Shown one piece after another: positions 63,851 through 64,000 of a stretch of 64,000 nucleotides of DNA. Position numbers and translations under genes: made by a program. The notes beneath the pieces are model-generated. The model was given only the letters and a program-made list of their open reading frames with translations. It was not told the origin of the DNA and made no database searches. Within the stretch, counting starts at the first letter, position 1. Every line of letters begins with the position of its first letter. Source of the DNA: a virus; the IMG/VR virus record IMGVR_UViG_3300027736_000020, positions 120,089 to 184,088 of that record; one strand, 5' to 3'.

Positions 63851-63895
63851 CAACAAGGCACATGCGGGAGCATGTGCGTCCCCGCGAAGCGGTGA
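63851..63895 (-). repeat. Leader element B, copy 5
   Basis: Same core. Confidence 0.95.
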
Positions 63896-63949
63896 TCCAG
63901 CAAGACGGGGAAAACGCATCATGTTGACACGTGTCCGCGATGCCCCCAA

Positions 63950-64000
63950 GGTGGTAACGGGGATTAAGAGACTTGGGTGGTTGCGCTGGTGTGGGGGAAG
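63950..64000. repeat. Block A, copy 3 (truncated by the window end)
   Basis: ggtggtaacggggattaagagact...ggtgtgggggaag. Confidence 0.85.

Noticed and set aside
62177-64000. CRISPR array
   Set aside because: Repeats are hundreds of bp, spacing is irregular and the intervening sequences are ORFs; no cas genes
1-64000. Stop-codon reassignment
   Set aside because: Genes are long and tightly packed under the standard code, with TAA, TAG and TGA all ending genes

Overview
This window looks like 64 kb of a large (probably jumbo) bacteriophage genome. It has no host housekeeping genes, dense unknown ORFs, a class II ribonucleotide reductase and nine tRNA or tRNA-like genes. Four blocks are visible. 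(1) 1-13 kb and 26.5-46 kb: AT-rich, large, low-complexity proteins that share terminal hydrophobic-x-K-[S/A/G] and other short motifs. I infer these are head-packaged or ejected proteins. One carries DUF488-like, DarG-type macro and NADAR domains, a candidate dual eraser of DarT DNA ADP-ribosylation. (2) 13-26.5 kb: nucleotide metabolism, repair and recombination (nrdJ, dNMP kinase, pyrimidine-dimer glycosylase family, PD-(D/E)XK nuclease, ssb, MazG-like) plus tRNAs. (3) 46.1-46.8 kb: a non-coding, origin-like segment. (4) 46.8-64 kb: about 37 small minus-strand ORFs (early or host-takeover-like). They are interspersed with three families of conserved intergenic motifs and at least three large, highly base-paired intergenic elements (candidate new ncRNAs). 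The block ends in a tandem array where ~420-bp near-identical repeats flank unrelated small ORFs; it continues beyond the window. All family assignments are motif recognition from memory; no searches or folding were run.
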